From contig CAZJUB010000016.1 of assembly GCA_964549075.1 (NCBI GenBank), positions 1 through 42,194 of the forward strand: a stretch of DNA of 42,194 nt. The letters run 5' to 3'. A model generated the notes under the pieces. The model did not search any database and was not told the DNA's origin. It was given only the letters and a program-made list of their open reading frames with translations. Positions 38,194 to 42,194 of this stretch are shown one piece after another. Made by a program: the position numbers and the translations under genes. The stretch comes from an uncultured archaeon (GTDB lineage Archaea; Asgardarchaeota; Heimdallarchaeia; Heimdallarchaeales; Heimdallarchaeaceae). Each line of letters starts with the position of its first letter. Within the stretch, counting starts at the first letter, position 1.

Positions 38194-41163
38194 TTACTCG
38201 AAATCAAAATCCTCTAATTCTTCATCTTTAGGTTTGAACTCTTCAATCTGAGGATTGAGGGGTTCTTCTTCAACATCTAGTGTTATTGATTCATCTTCTA
38301 AAAGTATATCATTGTCGTTGTCATTGACTATTTCCTCTTCGTCTTCTTCCTCTTCTTCTTTCTCTGAATCTTCTTTATTCTCTTCTTCAGTTTCAGCAAT
38401 TTTTTCTGGTTCAGGTATAATATCTTCTTCCTCTTCCTCTACTATTTCATCAGCTTTTTCTAGAATTTTTTCGACTTTTTCTTTTATGTCGATTGCTTCT
38501 TTTATTTCATGTATTGCTTTCTTCCCAGGAACTGGAATTGACATTTCCTCTATTTTTAACTCTATTTCCTTTTTCCCCTTTTCAGCTTGTTCCAGCTCTT
38601 TTTCTTTACGCTCTAATTCGTCTGAATCTAAGACTATTTCTTCGTCCATCTCTTCATATTCACTGATTTCTTCAAGGTCCTCTTCAATAGTTTTGAGTTG
38701 ACCATCCAATTCAAGAGCGTTATCTGTATTTAAATCAATAACATCATCTGGATTTTCCTCGATTGCTACACTCATATCAGCTAAATCTTCTACCCTAAGA
38801 GGAAGTTCATGTTCAAAACCTTCCATCTCCACTTCATCACCTGTTAATGTAACTTCATCTGCTTCTAAAGCTACAGTCTCAGTTTGCGTTAAATCAAAGG
38901 TTTCATAGGAGGATTTTGCTATAGGAATACCATATGTTTCGATATAAGCCAATAAAGTAGGATCTTTCCTTTTGAGTAAAGTATCTATTTTTTGAAGCTC
39001 CATATCGACTTTCTCGATAATTTGAAGTTCATTTTCAAGTTCTTCCTTCTCAAGCATATCTTCTAGTTCATCTTCTACTCGTTCAAGCATCTCTCCTAAT
39101 TCTTTCAGACTTCTATCAAGATCTAATTTCTCTGTTTTTGCTCTCTCTTCTAATATACCTTCTTGCAGGAAGTAAACATTAGTAACTCTATCTAGAACTT
39201 CATAATGAGTATCACGAGCCCCTAAAGGTTCAATTTTAGGCATAAGTTTTCTCAGCGATTCAACATATTTATTGAATTGATTCTTAAGATTGAAAGTAAT
39301 CTTTTCAGTTATAGCTATAATGATATAATCTCCAACCATATCAATTAGTAAATCTCGTCCATGTTGGCTAACTTCAGTAAGAATTAAATCTTCTTCTAAA
39401 ACACTTTGTGAGAAGATATTAATTGCAGCTACTAACATTGGTACCAGAGAAGCTTCATCTTTATATTCATGCTTGGTAGTGAAACGGTATTTCATAACAG
39501 CTGTATCAGCTTCTACAATTGCTAAACCATACAGTTTTGATGCAACTAGTTTTGGAGCTTTAACAAACTTGAATCCTTGATATTTCTTTAGTGTTTCAGA
39601 CATTTTGTCAGTTTGCTGAAAGCCTTTTTCTTCTAATATTTCAGCGAATTTTCCTATTTTCTTATCCTTATCAATCTCGTTTAAGAGATCTTGAGAATCT
39701 CGTAAAACCTTTGTATAATTGAATCTTTTAGCTAGATCATTAGCATCGGTGAGAGCTTCAATAGCCTTATCTGTTTTCCCTCCGTGTATAAGTAACAATC
39801 CTTTTAGTAATTGAATGTCACACATTAGTTTAGGAATAAACTGCTCTTCTGACAAGTAAGTGAGATTATTAAGATAGCTTAAAACAGCTGAATAGTCGTT
39901 TAATTCATTGTTTTCATTGAATCTATCGAGATGCAATCCTGCTAGTTCAAACTGAGCTTTAATAAGAAATTCAACATTATTCATATCAGAAGCAGCTTTA
40001 TTTGAGATTTGTAAAGCCTCTATTGCTTCATCTATTTTTCCTTGTTTTTTGTATAACATTCCTTCATAATAGTAAATATTAGGTTTAACTCTCAATTCTC
40101 CTACTTCATCTAAACGCTGTTTACATATCATTAAAGATGATTCAGCTAGTTCAAAATTTGAACGTTCAATAGCTATCCAAGTGGATAATAAATAAGGTTG
40201 TATAAGATTCAAATCATATTCTGATTCTAATTGAAGAGCAACATCCAACATCTCTTTAGCTTCTTCATAATTCTCAAGTAATAAGCTAAGTTCTGCAATG
40301 TTGGTAGCACTTACAGCTTTTGCCCTGGGATTTTTCGATACTAGTTGATGAATTTGTCTTAACAATCTAATAGAACGTTCATAATCTCCTCTAGCAATCT
40401 CAAGTTTTGCAGAATTGTTTAGAAGGCTTGCTCTATCAGCTGCAAGTCCTGTTTCTTCTGTTGGGATAATTGCAGCATTCAACATCTTCTGTGCTTTTTT
40501 AAACTCACCTTTGTTAATGAAAACGTTAGTAATAAGATTTAGAGCTACAGATTGGAAGTAGGGATCATTTTGTTGTACTGCACTTTGCAAAACATTCCTT
40601 GCTAGATCTTCTACTTTACTAAAGTTATTTACTAATAAGAAAGCTTGCGCAGCTAAAGTGTAAATGAGAAAAGTGTATAGTTGTCCCTCAAAAATATCTG
40701 GATATAATTCAGCATGGCTTTCAATTTCTTCAACTGTTGTAAGTGCCATAGGATAGTTTTGCTCACCATAAAGGAGTAAAAACTCCAATCCACCTGTTAT
40801 AAACATATGTAATGGAGAATTTAGAGAATCATCATATTTTTGCTGAAATTGAAGTTTTAGACTTACTATTTTATTTGTTTGATTTAGTCTTGAAAATGCG
40901 TATGCTCTATATAAAAAGAATTCTGGTTTTGTGAGATTTTCCGTAAGATCTAATACAGATTTAAAATCTCGTGTACATATAGCAATATCAACTACTAAAT
41001 CTCTAACTTCAGTACTTACTTCATTATTTAAAGCAAAATTAACACATTTTTTTGTAAAGGCATTTAAAGGTTTTTTATTTGTGTCTGAAATAGAATCTAT
41101 TATTGTTTGTATAGGTTCTTCTTCAAAAGCTTTTGAATGTCGTTTACTGAAAGGACTGTACAT
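38194..41163 (-). CDS. TPR-repeat protein with longin-like domain, coiled coil and long acidic tail
   Basis: Helical repeats over about aa 1-500, a longin-like pattern at about aa 540-665, then a Glu/Asp-rich C-terminal third. Confidence 0.75.
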   Translation of the reverse strand: MYSPFSKRHSKAFEEEPIQTIIDSISDTNKKPLNAFTKKCVNFALNNEVSTEVRDLVVDIAICTRDFKSVLDLTENLTKPEFFLYRAYAFSRLNQTNKIVSLKLQFQQKYDDSLNSPLHMFITGGLEFLLLYGEQNYPMALTTVEEIESHAELYPDIFEGQLYTFLIYTLAAQAFLLVNNFSKVEDLARNVLQSAVQQNDPYFQSVALNLITNVFINKGEFKKAQKMLNAAIIPTEETGLAADRASLLNNSAKLEIARGDYERSIRLLRQIHQLVSKNPRAKAVSATNIAELSLLLENYEEAKEMLDVALQLESEYDLNLIQPYLLSTWIAIERSNFELAESSLMICKQRLDEVGELRVKPNIYYYEGMLYKKQGKIDEAIEALQISNKAASDMNNVEFLIKAQFELAGLHLDRFNENNELNDYSAVLSYLNNLTYLSEEQFIPKLMCDIQLLKGLLLIHGGKTDKAIEALTDANDLAKRFNYTKVLRDSQDLLNEIDKDKKIGKFAEILEEKGFQQTDKMSETLKKYQGFKFVKAPKLVASKLYGLAIVEADTAVMKYRFTTKHEYKDEASLVPMLVAAINIFSQSVLEEDLILTEVSQHGRDLLIDMVGDYIIIAITEKITFNLKNQFNKYVESLRKLMPKIEPLGARDTHYEVLDRVTNVYFLQEGILEERAKTEKLDLDRSLKELGEMLERVEDELEDMLEKEELENELQIIEKVDMELQKIDTLLKRKDPTLLAYIETYGIPIAKSSYETFDLTQTETVALEADEVTLTGDEVEMEGFEHELPLRVEDLADMSVAIEENPDDVIDLNTDNALELDGQLKTIEEDLEEISEYEEMDEEIVLDSDELERKEKELEQAEKGKKEIELKIEEMSIPVPGKKAIHEIKEAIDIKEKVEKILEKADEIVEEEEEDIIPEPEKIAETEEENKEDSEKEEEEEDEEEIVNDNDNDILLEDESITLDVEEEPLNPQIEEFKPKDEELEDFDFE

Positions 41164-41301
41164 CTAGATACCTCTTATACCCTAATGTAGATTAGTCTAT
41201 GAACTTATATACCAATGTAAGACTAGCGAATTCTAATATTTATGTATTAAAAAAGAATATTTAAACATTCATTTAGCAACGGTACTTTTTAAATTAAAAA
41301 A

Positions 41302-42165
41302 TCAATAATTCATACTTTCTGGGAGAGGAGTTTCAACAGTTTTTCCATTTCTTTTTTTATGAAGAAATTTTTGCATTATTATTGGAATCATAATGGCTAT
41401 AGGATAAGCTAATGTGACAACAGGGAAAGTCCAAGGTAGAATTTTTCCTGCTGCATCGTAAATAACTCCACCTATTGTTGTTCCTAGAGCACGTGTAAGT
41501 CTTCTCCCTGCTGAAACAAATCCCGTTGAAGAACCTCTATATTTTGGAGGAAGCCAACTATAAAAGAAAGAGTTCCATGCAGGTCTCGACATATTAGCTG
41601 AAGAGCTTCTAAGAACAAAGAAGGTAGAACCTAAAATCAGACCTGGACTTAAAGCTAGTCCTAATGCTAATGCTGGAACTGCGAAATGCAATATTGCTAG
41701 TATCTTCTCATTTCCAATCTTTTTACTCAGAGGTACAATAGCTAAACTACCAAATGCTATACCAGCGTTGGAAAGTGCGAGTATTATAGCCCATTCCATA
41801 TCACTCGCTCCAAGATCTTCTATCATATATTTACGTATAAAAGGGATAGCTACTCCAGACGTAAAACCGATTATTGATTCACAGAAAAAGAATGCTACAA
41901 GTTGAAAACCTATAGGTTTTTTACTCTCATTTTCATAATTTTTCCAATCCTCTCCTTTGGAAAGATTACCAGCTTCTTCTTTAGAAGTATCAGGAACAGG
42001 AAATCTGAATGTTAAGAACATAGTAACAATCAAAAAAATAGCAATAAACAGTATTATATTCATATAAGGGGACTTGTCTGCAATTAAATTAAAATAACCA
42101 ATATTTGATCCATTCAGATAAACAAATTTAGCATAATGTGTTCTAAAATTATCATAGATAGTCAA
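41302..42165 (-). CDS. MFS transporter C-terminal half (5' part outside the window or interrupted)
   Basis: PLSKKIGNEK and LPPKYRG motifs, 6-7 TMs. In-frame TGA at 42172-42174 just upstream. Confidence 0.7.
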   Translation of the reverse strand: MTIYDNFRTHYAKFVYLNGSNIGYFNLIADKSPYMNIILFIAIFLIVTMFLTFRFPVPDTSKEEAGNLSKGEDWKNYENESKKPIGFQLVAFFFCESIIGFTSGVAIPFIRKYMIEDLGASDMEWAIILALSNAGIAFGSLAIVPLSKKIGNEKILAILHFAVPALALGLALSPGLILGSTFFVLRSSSANMSRPAWNSFFYSWLPPKYRGSSTGFVSAGRRLTRALGTTIGGVIYDAAGKILPWTFPVVTLAYPIAIMIPIIMQKFLHKKRNGKTVETPLPESMNY

Positions 42166-42194
42166 ATAAAATCAACCTAATAGATGTGGTATGA

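Noticed and set aside
38255-38701. 148-aa Ser-rich plus-strand ORF
   Set aside because: Antisense shadow of the Glu/Asp-rich tail (GAA/GAT codons read as TCT/TCA).
1129-41167. Other short track ORFs nested in longer genes (e.g. 1129, 1283, 6688, 7467, 10462, 22128, 23079, 26891, 30983, 32236, 40931)
   Set aside because: They overlap well-supported genes, mostly antisense, and show no motifs.
1-42194. Genome-wide TGA or TAG reassignment
   Set aside because: Both codons end full-length conserved genes here (TGA at 14150 and 16251; TAG at 934, 9484 and 22118), and TGG is used normally for Trp.
1-42194. CRISPR array, tRNA/rRNA, IS element or provirus
   Set aside because: No regularly spaced repeat-spacer array, no GC-rich structured RNA segment, and no transposase, integrase or capsid motifs seen.

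Overview
Gene-dense, AT-rich (about 30% GC by eye) archaeal chromosomal segment, most likely Asgard (Heimdallarchaeia-like). That assignment is an inference from TATA/oligo-T intergenic signals, a membrane RING-finger protein, a TPR + longin-like protein, many zinc-ribbon membrane proteins and PEF-like sorting tails. The first 13 kb is a cell-surface island: a beta-propeller, a 4x-repeat protein and three NosD-like beta-helix proteins, interleaved with zinc-ribbon membrane proteins, a RING protein and a PPi-type PFK. The middle holds an SRD5A-like reductase, an orphan SPPY methyltransferase, LplA, CopA/CopZ, a nitrilase, an MFS permease and a GH2 hydrolase. The best unannotated signal is at 29.3-33.6 kb: a winged-HTH regulator divergent from two paralogous MefA/DHA3-like MFS genes, each directly preceded by its own small ORF (36 and 40 aa, absent from the ORF track). 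The two small ORFs share a K[VI][ED]YWSVGGxFxxS[IL]xNKV core conserved through synonymous substitutions. The right end has PadR, an ABC substrate-binding gene split by one in-frame TAG, an internally deleted paralog of it, a missed rubredoxin and a TPR/longin-like/acidic-tail protein. I saw no rRNA, tRNA, CRISPR array or transposase.
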